64,000 nucleotides of DNA from a virus (lineage: Duplodnaviria; Caudoviricetes). The stretch is taken from positions 57,539 to 121,538 of IMG/VR virus record IMGVR_UViG_3300049324_000034. One strand, 5' to 3'. Positions 55,111 to 63,672 of this stretch are shown piece after piece. Numbering within the stretch: the stretch's first letter is position 1; every line of letters starts with the position of its first letter. A program made the position numbers and the translations under genes. The notes under the pieces were generated by a model. It made no database searches. It had not been told where the DNA came from and worked only from the letters and a program-made list of their open reading frames with translations.

Positions 55111-55479
55111 GTGCGCAGCGAATCGCAGATCCTGGCTATGCGTGACCGAGTCCACCGTAATTTACTGATCAACGGTGGGGAGATGACCGAAGTTGTCCTG
55201 ACCATCTTCGACTGGATCGTTTACCCGCACACGCCCGACGGGGACGTGATCGACCTCGCCGACGGACTCGACCTCGACGAGGAGTACGAACCGCGCCTGG
55301 AAGACCTCGCCGTCGCCCTGATCGACGCAGTGGCCCCCTCCACCCTGCCCGCCACGGAGGAGTCCCTGAGTCGCATGGCCCCGGCACAGCTCACCGAACT
55401 GGCCGCCGCCGCCCGTAAAGTCGATCGGCTGTGCAAGGCCGAGGCGACAGTCCGTAAAGCGAAGGAAGCCAAAAAATGA
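55111..55479 (+). CDS. hypothetical protein
   Basis: ORF chain. Confidence 0.7.
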   Translation: MRSESQILAMRDRVHRNLLINGGEMTEVVLTIFDWIVYPHTPDGDVIDLADGLDLDEEYEPRLEDLAVALIDAVAPSTLPATEESLSRMAPAQLTELAAAARKVDRLCKAEATVRKAKEAKK

Positions 55480-55751
55480 TCAGGCATTGGCGCACCCGTC
55501 GGGCCGTCGCCATCGTCCGAGCGGTGCGCCGGATCAAAGACAAGCCCACAGGCATCAGCGCCCAACGCAAGACGATGCTGCTCGCCCACCTACGCGACAA
55601 CCCCGAACCGATCACCCATCACGACGTTGCCGCCCTGTTCGGGATCCATTTGCGGAGTGCGTCGAGGCTGCTTGCTGAACTGGTCGACGAGGGCCTGATC
55701 TGCCGAGTTGACACCGCCCGCTACCACCTCACGAGGGATGACCACGAATGA
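55476..55751 (+). CDS. winged-helix DNA-binding protein
   Basis: ITHHDVAALFGIHLRSASRLLAELVDEGLI. Confidence 0.75.
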   Translation: MIRHWRTRRAVAIVRAVRRIKDKPTGISAQRKTMLLAHLRDNPEPITHHDVAALFGIHLRSASRLLAELVDEGLICRVDTARYHLTRDDHE

Positions 55752-57106
55752 ATGGGCCTCTGATCGACAAGGCGTGGATCGACGAGGTCGCCACGGCGCC
55801 GTCGCGCCGCGACTTCCACGCCACCTACCTCACCGACCCCACCGCGATGGCCGCCGCGCAACGCATGGCCGCCACCACCGGGGAAGACGGGTGGGCGGCG
55901 GCCTGGACCTTGGCCCAAACGCTGCCCCCGGCGTTCTCCTCGCACGACGCGGCCGGCGCGCGCGAAATCCTCGCCCCCTCGACTCGACTGTCCGTACCGG
56001 AGGAAGCGGGCCTGAGGCGGGCATCGTCACGCGGCTACTACCGGAACCCCAACATCGCGCTCGGCAACAGCGACATGGCCCCCAGCATGGTCCGCCAGGC
56101 ACGCCCCGGTGAGACGGTCCGGCCCGACCTGCGCTGCCCCCCGTGCTGCGGTAGGGCCGGCGAGCCCGAGGAGTCGGGGATGCCGGGGCAGGTGTACCGG
56201 TGCACCGACTGTGGCCACTCGTGGGAGTACCAGCCCCCGCAGTCCCGTGGGCAGGTCGATGACGTGTTCGGCATTGCGCGCGGCCAATTCGGGGTGTACC
56301 TGCGGGCCATGGCAATGGTGGGCCGGGAACGGGCGGGCCTGTTCGACGGGGAGATCGGGTACGTCCCAGGCGGGGTCACCTACGCGCGCCCAGCCGGCGG
56401 CACCTGCTCGAACGAGAACCCGTGCCCGGATTGCCGGCAGGCGATCGCCAGTGAGCAGGCCGCCGCTGATCCGGAGAACACGGCGGCCGAGCTGGCACGT
56501 CGTCGCCAACAGACGGCCGAACTGCTCGCCGAAGCCTTCGAGGTGCCCGTGGAGTTCGTCACCGCCCCCACGCTCACCCAGGAAGCTTTGGACTGGGCCG
56601 CCGTGCAGGATTCGCGCCACGACGCTGACCCGATGTTCATTGGGGTAAGCCCTGACCGGACCGCGTGGGCAGCGTCGCGGGGGGCGTTCTCGGAACGGTG
56701 GGAGCCCCAGGGGTTCATGTGGGCGTCTGACCCGCCCGCGCCTGGGCCGATCGTGTCGGTCGCTGAGCAGCAGGCGATCGACGCGGGCGCGATCACCGCT
56801 GAGCAGGCCCGTGCGGCGTTCCGGGAGTTCTATGACCGGCCGTGGGGGCCGCGCCCGGCGGACCCGGCAACTGAGCGAAGCGAACGCTTCGAGCTGCGCA
56901 ACACCCTGGAGATGGCGTCGCGTAACCCGCCTACGGAGCTGGCGCTGGGGATGCCGTTGATGCGCGAGGCGATCCGCAGGGGCCTGGTTCGTGAGGATCA
57001 GCCGTCGTGGCGGGCGTTCGTTCGGGGCATGCCGATGCGGGTGGGGTTGACGCCGCTTGGACAGGTGGAGTTATTGAGGGTGTGTCGCGAGTTGCGCAGC
57101 CGGTGA
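55748..57106 (+). CDS. mosaic hypothetical protein with Zn-ribbon motifs
   Basis: CPPC...CTDCGHSW. Confidence 0.7.
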   Translation: MNGPLIDKAWIDEVATAPSRRDFHATYLTDPTAMAAAQRMAATTGEDGWAAAWTLAQTLPPAFSSHDAAGAREILAPSTRLSVPEEAGLRRASSRGYYRNPNIALGNSDMAPSMVRQARPGETVRPDLRCPPCCGRAGEPEESGMPGQVYRCTDCGHSWEYQPPQSRGQVDDVFGIARGQFGVYLRAMAMVGRERAGLFDGEIGYVPGGVTYARPAGGTCSNENPCPDCRQAIASEQAAADPENTAAELARRRQQTAELLAEAFEVPVEFVTAPTLTQEALDWAAVQDSRHDADPMFIGVSPDRTAWAASRGAFSERWEPQGFMWASDPPAPGPIVSVAEQQAIDAGAITAEQARAAFREFYDRPWGPRPADPATERSERFELRNTLEMASRNPPTELALGMPLMREAIRRGLVREDQPSWRAFVRGMPMRVGLTPLGQVELLRVCRELRSR

Positions 57107-57110
57107 AAAC

Positions 57111-57133
57111 TGGTAGGGTCGGTATTGTTCCGG
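57111..57133 (+). promoter_or_regulatory. extended -10 promoter plus GTTCCGG
   Basis: TGG TAGGGT-N7-GTTCCGG. Confidence 0.8.
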
Positions 57134-57156
57134 TACCGCTCTACTGAGGAGACACC

Positions 57157-57369
57157 ATGGCGAACACCGCCATCCCGCACAACATCGCCGTCATCGGCCG
57201 TCGACTGAACGATCTTTACGTCCTGGACACCGACGAAGGTGACAGCTGGAACCGCCTCTACACCGCCGCGCTGGCCCAAGGTCGCCTCGACGACGACATG
57301 GCCCTGCGGTTCATCGGCGGCATGATCGAAACACTGATCGTCATCGAAGACCGCGCACCAGCCCACTGA
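57157..57369 (+). CDS. hypothetical protein
   Basis: GAGGAG RBS. Confidence 0.75.
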   Translation: MANTAIPHNIAVIGRRLNDLYVLDTDEGDSWNRLYTAALAQGRLDDDMALRFIGGMIETLIVIEDRAPAH

Positions 57370-57373
57370 CTCA

Positions 57374-57412
57374 CTGCCCGGCCCGACTCCCGTGCGGGCC
57401 GGGCAGGCTTCT
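57374..57412 (+). terminator. hairpin terminator
   Basis: CTGCCCGGCCCG-N9-CGGGCCGGGCAG followed by GCTTCT. Confidence 0.65.
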
Positions 57413-57434
57413 ATCTATCGGAAGGATCCCGCAG

Positions 57435-57719
57435 ATGAGAACCATCGAAGTCCGCGTCCACCACGCCGACCCCGCCATGCCCATCGCTCGCATCGACTGG
57501 CCCTGGAACAACGCCAGCGACCTCGTCGGCATCGTGCCCGCGCTGGAACGTCACGGTCTGCGCGTGACCACCGACGTCCCCGCCCACGATGTTCGCTACA
57601 GCGGTTTCACTGGCCGGCTCACTGCCAGCTCGTCAGGCTTCTACTTCGACGTCGAGGCCAGCAACTGCGCCGTCCGGCCCGCCCCCTCGTACGCTGCCCA
57701 AGCCAAGCCCCAGTCATGA
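57435..57719 (+). CDS. hypothetical protein
   Basis: GAAGGA RBS. Confidence 0.7.
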   Translation: MRTIEVRVHHADPAMPIARIDWPWNNASDLVGIVPALERHGLRVTTDVPAHDVRYSGFTGRLTASSSGFYFDVEASNCAVRPAPSYAAQAKPQS

Positions 57720-58132
57720 CCGCCGGCAAGTCGACCGTCGCCGACCTCGTCCCCGCCCTGCGGGAGATCACGCCCGAGCTGGCCGCCCAGATCGACGACG
57801 GCTTGGTCCTGATCTGGTTCCTCGGTGACCCCACCGCGTGCCCGGTCGGTATCGAACGCGTCAACTGGCACGCCGTCACCACTGAAGCGCCCACCATGCT
57901 GAAGCACACCATCGACGCCATCCGGTGGCGGGAGAAGCACCTGCGCGACGCGAACGTCGCTGAGTGGGTCGCGTCGCGCCGGGCACCGCGCCTGCTCCTG
58001 TGGATCACCGACGAGGTGGCTTACGACAACGTGCTTGATGTCATGGCCATCGCTTTGACTGGTCGCATCACGGGGATCGACGTGGTGTGTGCGACGGAGC
58101 TGCAACGCGGGCGCTTCCACGTCCACCCGTAG
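57716..58132 (+). CDS. hypothetical protein resembling a degenerate FtsK-like ATPase fragment
   Basis: AGKST at N-terminus, LLLWITDE, TGRITGIDVVCAT. Confidence 0.6.
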   Translation: MTAGKSTVADLVPALREITPELAAQIDDGLVLIWFLGDPTACPVGIERVNWHAVTTEAPTMLKHTIDAIRWREKHLRDANVAEWVASRRAPRLLLWITDEVAYDNVLDVMAIALTGRITGIDVVCATELQRGRFHVHP

Positions 58133-58134
58133 CA

Positions 58135-58157
58135 TGGTACGGTCGGCATTGTTCCGG
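58135..58157 (+). promoter_or_regulatory. extended -10 promoter plus GTTCCGG
   Basis: TGG TACGGT-N7-GTTCCGG. Confidence 0.8.
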
Positions 58158-58179
58158 TCCCGAGTGAGAGAAGACCCCG

Positions 58180-58530
58180 ATGGCCAAGGTCGCGAAACTC
58201 AAGCACAACCACGAACTACTCCCCTTCGGTGCCTACGTCGCTGAAGGCGAGTGCCCGCGCTGCGACCAGCTCCGTATCGAGAAGCTGGCCATGGGTGAGA
58301 CCCCGCACAACCACGCGCCCACCCCGTGGGCTCGTCGCGTCGAGGGTTGCCCCCGGTGCGTCGAGCTGGCCAACGGTGCACCCAAACGGCTGTCCCAAGC
58401 CGACCGGCAGGCCGAGTGGGACCGGAAGCGCTCCGAGGCGATCGCGGCGCACACGAACGAGAACTGCCACTACATGACCCGCACCTCGGCCGGACACTGG
58501 ACCGGCGTGTGCGTCTGCTTCGACTGGTGA
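58180..58530 (+). CDS. duplicated Zn-binding motif protein
   Basis: HNH...CPRC twice; terminal VCVCFDW. Confidence 0.7.
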   Translation: MAKVAKLKHNHELLPFGAYVAEGECPRCDQLRIEKLAMGETPHNHAPTPWARRVEGCPRCVELANGAPKRLSQADRQAEWDRKRSEAIAAHTNENCHYMTRTSAGHWTGVCVCFDW

Positions 58531-58534
58531 CCCG

Positions 58535-58720
58535 GTGGACACCGTAGAACGTGTGTGGCGCAAGAACTTCAGCGACGCCGCCGACGCAATTCCTACATCA
58601 TGGCTATACACCGACAAAGACGGCCTGATGTGGATCTATCCCGATTACGCCGACATGGCCGTGGCGCAGCTCTACCGCAACCTGGCCATCGTTGGCTTTG
58701 CGAAAGGCTGGATGCCATGA
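58535..58720 (+). CDS. small hypothetical protein
   Basis: ATGA overlap with next gene. Confidence 0.6.
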   Translation: MDTVERVWRKNFSDAADAIPTSWLYTDKDGLMWIYPDYADMAVAQLYRNLAIVGFAKGWMP

Positions 58721-59547
58721 AAACCGTCCCCCGATGGGTCCGAGCACTCCTGCTGGCGCTAATCGCCTGCCTGCTCGCCATCCCCGTCCTGTCCGCGTGC
58801 GGCAGCGACAATCCCGTGAACAACGCCGCCGACGAGTCCACCATCCGACCCGACCCCATCCGCACCGCCAGCGGTGCCCTGTGCACCCCGTGGATCAACC
58901 AGCCCGGTGAAGCCGACGGGTCCGGCTACCCCGCGTGCGACGAGCCCATTCCCCACGAACGCCCCGTACGCGACCCCGGCATGTCCGCCGCTGACTGGTT
59001 CCTGGCTGGTGTGCTGTGGGACAACGCCATGGGCCACTCCAACTTCTACTACGGCCCCAACTACTACGACCGGTACATCGGTCCCGCGTGGAACCGCCAC
59101 CCCGGCTACTCCGGCTACGGGTGGGGACATCAGCCGATCACCCGCGTCGATGCCCGCACCTACAACACGACCATCGTGCACGTGAACAAGACCTACGCGG
59201 CCGATGAGAAAAAAGCCGCCGCCAACCCCGCGACCAGCGGCTACCACTCCGCTGCCGGTAAGCCCTACAACGGCAAGACCGTCCCGAAGACCGTATTCAA
59301 GGGCTCCAATGTGCCTGTGACTGGTCCCGCCGGCAGTGCCCGCAGCTCGAACACCCCGAGCACGGGAAGCACCAAGACCGCCCCTGCTCCCAGTAAGGGC
59401 AGCAACACCAGTCCCGGCACTGGCTACAGCAAGGGCAGCAACTCCAGCAGTTCCAGCGGTCGCAGTAGCTCCAGTTCGTCCAGCTCCAGTAGCTCAAGTC
59501 GTTCCAGCAGTGGCAGTAGCTCCAGCAGTAGCCGCAGCGGGAAGTGA
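58717..59547 (+). CDS. putative lipoprotein with Ser-rich tail
   Basis: Signal peptide with LSAC lipobox; poly-Ser C-terminus. Confidence 0.75.
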   Translation: MKTVPRWVRALLLALIACLLAIPVLSACGSDNPVNNAADESTIRPDPIRTASGALCTPWINQPGEADGSGYPACDEPIPHERPVRDPGMSAADWFLAGVLWDNAMGHSNFYYGPNYYDRYIGPAWNRHPGYSGYGWGHQPITRVDARTYNTTIVHVNKTYAADEKKAAANPATSGYHSAAGKPYNGKTVPKTVFKGSNVPVTGPAGSARSSNTPSTGSTKTAPAPSKGSNTSPGTGYSKGSNSSSSSGRSSSSSSSSSSSSRSSSGSSSSSSRSGK

Positions 59548-59551
59548 CGTC

Positions 59552-60094
59552 GTGGCCCTCGAAATCAGCATCTGCGCTCTACTCGCCTGCCCCCGCGTGG
59601 AGCCCTCCGCCTGGCAAACCCGGTTCTCCCAGACCGAACTGGTCGACCCGGACCCGAAGGTGGCCAAAGAGTTCTTAGAGTTGGAGATCGACACTGAGGG
59701 CCTGGAGTACGGGGAGACCGACACGGACGTGCTGGTCTCCACCATCCACCCCGGCCACATCGAGAACAGTCTTCTGATCACTCACGCCGACATGGAGGTT
59801 TACGACGGACAGGAGGATGTGTGGGAACTGGGCACCTGGACGGTGTGCGGCATCTTCGAGGACAACGGGCAGTGCTATTCCGATGTCTGGGCCGCCCACG
59901 GACCCCTGGCCGCCTACGGCACCGCGTGGAACCACTGGAACAAGCGGGGCCGCAACCTGTGGATCGCCGGGGCGCACCCCGGTGATGAGGCCCGCACCCT
60001 GTGGTCCCCGACGTTCGCCGACCCCACCTGCACGACAGAGGACGCCATGGCGCAGCGTCTGGCCGAACTGATCCCTGGGAGGCAGACCCAATGA
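59552..60094 (+). CDS. hypothetical acidic protein
   Basis: High GC3 ORF. Confidence 0.65.
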   Translation: MALEISICALLACPRVEPSAWQTRFSQTELVDPDPKVAKEFLELEIDTEGLEYGETDTDVLVSTIHPGHIENSLLITHADMEVYDGQEDVWELGTWTVCGIFEDNGQCYSDVWAAHGPLAAYGTAWNHWNKRGRNLWIAGAHPGDEARTLWSPTFADPTCTTEDAMAQRLAELIPGRQTQ

Positions 60095-60483
60095 TCACGA
60101 TCACTCAACCGCCCCCGCTGGCCGAAGCCGACCGCTATCTACTGGCGATTTTGCAGCAGGTTCGGTACGCGCTGCGCCGGTCGCCGACATTCCAACCGCA
60201 CGACGCGGGGTACTGCGATGTTGTGCGCGCGTGGCGCGCACTGACCAACCAGCTGTTCGGCCGTGACATCGCCCACGCCTACCGGGTCGAAGCGGAGAGA
60301 TCCGGCGACGTCGACGCGGTGCTCGCCACCGCGTTCGAGTTGACCGCCCACGAGGTGGCGAAAGACGACGAACGCTGGCCCGACGTGGTGCTGCGCAACG
60401 CTCGCCCCACCACGGATCGGTTCGAGCTGTTGGCGGCTCGCGCGCTGGAGATCCGGCAGGAGGGTGCACCCGTACGGCCGTAG
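60091..60483 (+). CDS. hypothetical protein
   Basis: GGAGG RBS; ATGA overlap. Confidence 0.7.
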   Translation: MITITQPPPLAEADRYLLAILQQVRYALRRSPTFQPHDAGYCDVVRAWRALTNQLFGRDIAHAYRVEAERSGDVDAVLATAFELTAHEVAKDDERWPDVVLRNARPTTDRFELLAARALEIRQEGAPVRP

Positions 60484-60502
60484 CACCCACCACCTAGCTA
60501 CC

Positions 60503-60525
60503 TGGTATGGTAGGACCTGTTCCGG
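60503..60525 (+). promoter_or_regulatory. extended -10 promoter plus GTTCCGG
   Basis: TGG TATGGT-N7-GTTCCGG. Confidence 0.8.
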
Positions 60526-60551
60526 TCCCCCTGAGTGAGAGAAGTCCTGTC

Positions 60552-61061
60552 ATGGCGCAGACCGCCATCCCCACCGACTACTGCCCCGACTGCCGCCTCA
60601 TCAACGGCCTACCCCCCACCACCGACCCCGTCGGCACCTACCAGTCCTGCCCTAGCTGCAACCCCGACACACCCATCCTGTGCTGCCCCGAGCACCGCTC
60701 CGCCGCCCTGGCCAACCTCGACCTGCCCGCCAACACCTACTACCACTGCCCCCTCTGCGACGACGAATGGGTCAACGGCCCCGACAACCCTCCGTGGCGC
60801 GCCTACGACTACGGCATGGCCCTGCTCGCCCTGACCTGGCTGACCTTCCAGTGCGGCGTGTACTTCGTCTTCCTGCTCGGTTTCGTCCTCGTCCTGCACC
60901 AGAACTACGGCCACACCCCCGACGACGCGGTCATGCCGAGCGCCTTCTACGCGTTCCTGGTATTCATTCTGTGGATCACCGTGCTGTTCCCCGCCCTGTG
61001 GTGGGCTGTCGACGAGACCTGCCGCCGCGTGTGGCGCGGCATCTGGGGACAGGCACTGTGA
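60552..61061 (+). CDS. Zn-finger membrane protein
   Basis: Four CxxC-like motifs followed by two TM segments. Confidence 0.7.
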   Translation: MAQTAIPTDYCPDCRLINGLPPTTDPVGTYQSCPSCNPDTPILCCPEHRSAALANLDLPANTYYHCPLCDDEWVNGPDNPPWRAYDYGMALLALTWLTFQCGVYFVFLLGFVLVLHQNYGHTPDDAVMPSAFYAFLVFILWITVLFPALWWAVDETCRRVWRGIWGQAL

Positions 61062-61303
61062 GCCGCCGACCCGGCAGCGTGCCCCTTACCGGCATCCTGC
61101 GCGCCTGGCTCACCATCTACGTCCTGATCTGGCCCGCCCTACTCGTCGTCGCCTTCGACTGGGCCTTCGGCCCCCAATCCACGGCCACCTCCGTGGCGTT
61201 CCTCATCGCCGTCGGATGGGCACTGTGGCGGTGGCGGCAGGTCGCCAAACGCATCCACACCGTTCGCGTCAAAACACCCCGACGCAGAAGGGCACACCGA
61301 TGA
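61058..61303 (+). CDS. membrane protein
   Basis: Two TM segments; GTGA overlap. Confidence 0.65.
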   Translation: MSRRPGSVPLTGILRAWLTIYVLIWPALLVVAFDWAFGPQSTATSVAFLIAVGWALWRWRQVAKRIHTVRVKTPRRRRAHR

Positions 61304-61509
61304 GCCGCCCCACCACACCCCCCGACATGCTGCGTCGGCTCGCCGACATCGGTGCCATCGACGACTACCAGCTCGACGACGGGCACCACCGAGTCACCGT
61401 CAAAGGTGACCCGTCCTGGCTGACCGCCGACGAGGTCAACGTGTTCCTACTCGGCTTCGGCGCCGCCATCGACCACTCCAACCGCCGGATTGGAGACCTG
61501 CTTACATGA
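61300..61509 (+). CDS. hypothetical protein
   Basis: ATGA overlap. Confidence 0.65.
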   Translation: MSRPTTPPDMLRRLADIGAIDDYQLDDGHHRVTVKGDPSWLTADEVNVFLLGFGAAIDHSNRRIGDLLT

Positions 61510-61694
61510 ACGGCCTCGACGGACTCCTCGCCTACATGCTCGCCCAAGCAGTGGGAGTGATCCTGCTGGCGCTGGCCATCATCGGCGGGGTCGCGCTGTT
61601 CCACCACCACATCGCCTACTGGGCCGCCTTCCTGATCGCCTTCGCCGTCGTCTACGGCGGCATCTTCATCTTCGAGGGGGACTGGATCGAATGA
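61506..61694 (+). CDS. membrane protein
   Basis: Two TM segments. Confidence 0.65.
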   Translation: MNGLDGLLAYMLAQAVGVILLALAIIGGVALFHHHIAYWAAFLIAFAVVYGGIFIFEGDWIE

Positions 61695-62113
61695 GCAGGC
61701 GTCTACTTCTAGGCGCCTGCCTGGCGCTCGCCCTGGCCGGTGCCGCCTGCGAGGTCCCAGCGAGCACGACCGGCCCGCACTGCACAGCGACCCTCGAAAA
61801 CGACCGCACTCGCACCGTGTGCACCACCGTGGAAGGCGAGCCCGACCCGCGCACCGTCGAGGACTGCAGGCTCAACATCACTGGCGAGCACACGGTCTGC
61901 GTCGTGACCCGCCCCGGACAGGTGCCGGTCACGACGTACCACTGCGGGATCAACGACGTGTTCATGCGCCACGTCTACGGCCTGGAGCCACAAGCGCACA
62001 ACGCCGACGCCGCTGACGCCTACTGCACACACCAGGTGCAGGCCCACATCGCGGAGCAGGAGCAGCAGACCGGCGGCCCGTGCCCGCTGATCTGCATGCG
62101 GCCCGACCAGTAA
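61691..62113 (+). CDS. putative Cys-rich lipoprotein
   Basis: MSRRLLLGACLALALAGAAC signal/lipobox. Confidence 0.7.
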   Translation: MSRRLLLGACLALALAGAACEVPASTTGPHCTATLENDRTRTVCTTVEGEPDPRTVEDCRLNITGEHTVCVVTRPGQVPVTTYHCGINDVFMRHVYGLEPQAHNADAADAYCTHQVQAHIAEQEQQTGGPCPLICMRPDQ

Positions 62114-62137
62114 CACCGGACACCCGGTCAGCGACAT
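62110..62137 (+). promoter_or_regulatory. SigD-like ECF promoter
   Basis: GTAAC-N17-CGACAT-N7-GTCCCG; GTTCCGG at 62158. Confidence 0.7.
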
Positions 62138-62182
62138 ACCGGGTGTCCCGCTTCACCGTTCCGGCCCCCAGGAGTACCCGAA

Positions 62183-62347
62183 ATGATCATCTACGCGATG
62201 CTGCGGCTGTTCGTCGCCCTAGCTGGCATCGTCGCCACCGTGTGCGTCTTCAGCGCCGTCGCCTTCGCCTACCTACTCGCCCTGCCCATCGCTGGCATCG
62301 TCTACTACGCCACCGGCCGCTGGATCCTGAAACGGAGCACCCGATGA
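62183..62347 (+). CDS. 54-aa membrane protein
   Basis: AGGAG RBS; two TM segments; ATGA coupling to next gene. Confidence 0.7.
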   Translation: MIIYAMLRLFVALAGIVATVCVFSAVAFAYLLALPIAGIVYYATGRWILKRSTR

Positions 62348-63306
62348 GACGCCACCGCAAGCCGAACCCACTGTTCGACCCCGACCACGAGCCCAGCGAT
62401 ATGGCCGCGATCCGGGCCGACGACGCCCTACTCGACAGCCTCCACGCCGCCCAGCCGCCCACAGGTGCGGTCGACCCGTTCCGCGAGGAACTTGCCAAGC
62501 TGCGGGACTCCGCACGCGGTGACGAACCCGAACTGGTCACCGTCGACACCGCCCAGCACGCCATCCGGTGCGGCCGGCGAGCACGGAGGCGCCGCCGCTG
62601 GTTCCCGTGGGTGTTCGTCATCGGTTGTGTGGTGGCCGGCGTCCTTCTCCTGGCGCTCACCGGGTGCGGGGTGGGCGCTATCGACTCCCTGGCGGTCCCC
62701 GCCCCGACAACCGCACAGCCTGACCCCGGTGGGCTTCCGTCACTGCCGCCGGAGGAGGCGCGGGCCCTGATGGCACCCATCGGCGACGGCGGCCCGAAGG
62801 TCATCATCGCGCCGACCGCGCACGTCACCGGCACCTACCCGACCCGCTGCGTGCGGGGCGCGGCCGATGACCCGCGACTGCCAGTGATGGCGTGCACGCC
62901 GGGCTCGGTGCGCAGCGACATCACCGACGACACGAAAGCCGCCACGATCTGCAATCCGCACTGGTCGACGAGCACGATCCGGGCCCCGAAGTCTGAGACG
63001 GACCGGCTGAAAACGATCGCGATGCAGGCTTACGGGGTGCCCGCGTCGGCGCGGGCCACGACGGAGCTGGATCACGACGAGCCGCTGGAGCTGGGTGGCA
63101 GCAACGACGTGAGCAACTTCTGGGCGGAGCGATCCGATCTGTCGGGGCAGGGGTTCCGCAACTCGAAAGACGACGTTGAGAATCGCCTGCATGCGGCGGT
63201 GTGTGGCCGCATCCCCGGTATGCGCCCGGTGTCGTTGCGCGACGCTCAGATCGCGATCGCGCGGGATTGGGTGACGGCTGAAGCGGTGCTGCACGTCGCC
63301 GCCTAG
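62344..63306 (+). CDS. RsdA-like anti-sigma-D N-terminal domain plus TM plus extracytoplasmic HNH-like domain
   Basis: DMAAIRADDALLDSL...EELAKLRD...PELVTVDTAQHAI...RRARRRRR, TM, then ELDHDEPLELGGSNDVSNFW...KDDVENRLHAAVC. Confidence 0.7.
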   Translation: MRRHRKPNPLFDPDHEPSDMAAIRADDALLDSLHAAQPPTGAVDPFREELAKLRDSARGDEPELVTVDTAQHAIRCGRRARRRRRWFPWVFVIGCVVAGVLLLALTGCGVGAIDSLAVPAPTTAQPDPGGLPSLPPEEARALMAPIGDGGPKVIIAPTAHVTGTYPTRCVRGAADDPRLPVMACTPGSVRSDITDDTKAATICNPHWSTSTIRAPKSETDRLKTIAMQAYGVPASARATTELDHDEPLELGGSNDVSNFWAERSDLSGQGFRNSKDDVENRLHAAVCGRIPGMRPVSLRDAQIAIARDWVTAEAVLHVAA

Positions 63307-63325
63307 TTGCGCATCCCCGCAACTC

Positions 63326-63348
63326 TGGTAGGGTGGGTGTTGTTCCGG
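63326..63348 (+). promoter_or_regulatory. extended -10 promoter plus GTTCCGG
   Basis: TGG TAGGGT-N7-GTTCCGG. Confidence 0.8.
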
Positions 63349-63367
63349 TCCCGACCTGGAGGTCACC

Positions 63368-63640
63368 ATGACCGCGCCGCACATCACCACCCGCTCCCGC
63401 CACTACTCCCCCACACTGCGGGCCGAACTCAACGCCTACAGTGCTCAAGACGCAGCCGAGAACGCCCGCCTATGGCGCGAGATCGCCGCCGACGCCATCG
63501 GCGTCCCCCGCGACTGGGCCATCGCCGCCTACTGGCAGTCCATCGCCGACCGCAAATCTCGCTGCATCTGTGGATCTGTTCGCCCCTGGATGCCCACGAT
63601 CACCAATCCCGACTGCCCGCAGCATCACTCCAACATCTGA
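63368..63640 (+). CDS. hypothetical protein
   Basis: GGAGG RBS; CICG...CPQH. Confidence 0.7.
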   Translation: MTAPHITTRSRHYSPTLRAELNAYSAQDAAENARLWREIAADAIGVPRDWAIAAYWQSIADRKSRCICGSVRPWMPTITNPDCPQHHSNI

Positions 63641-63672
63641 CCGCCCGTTCCGGCACCCAGGAGACCCGCGCC

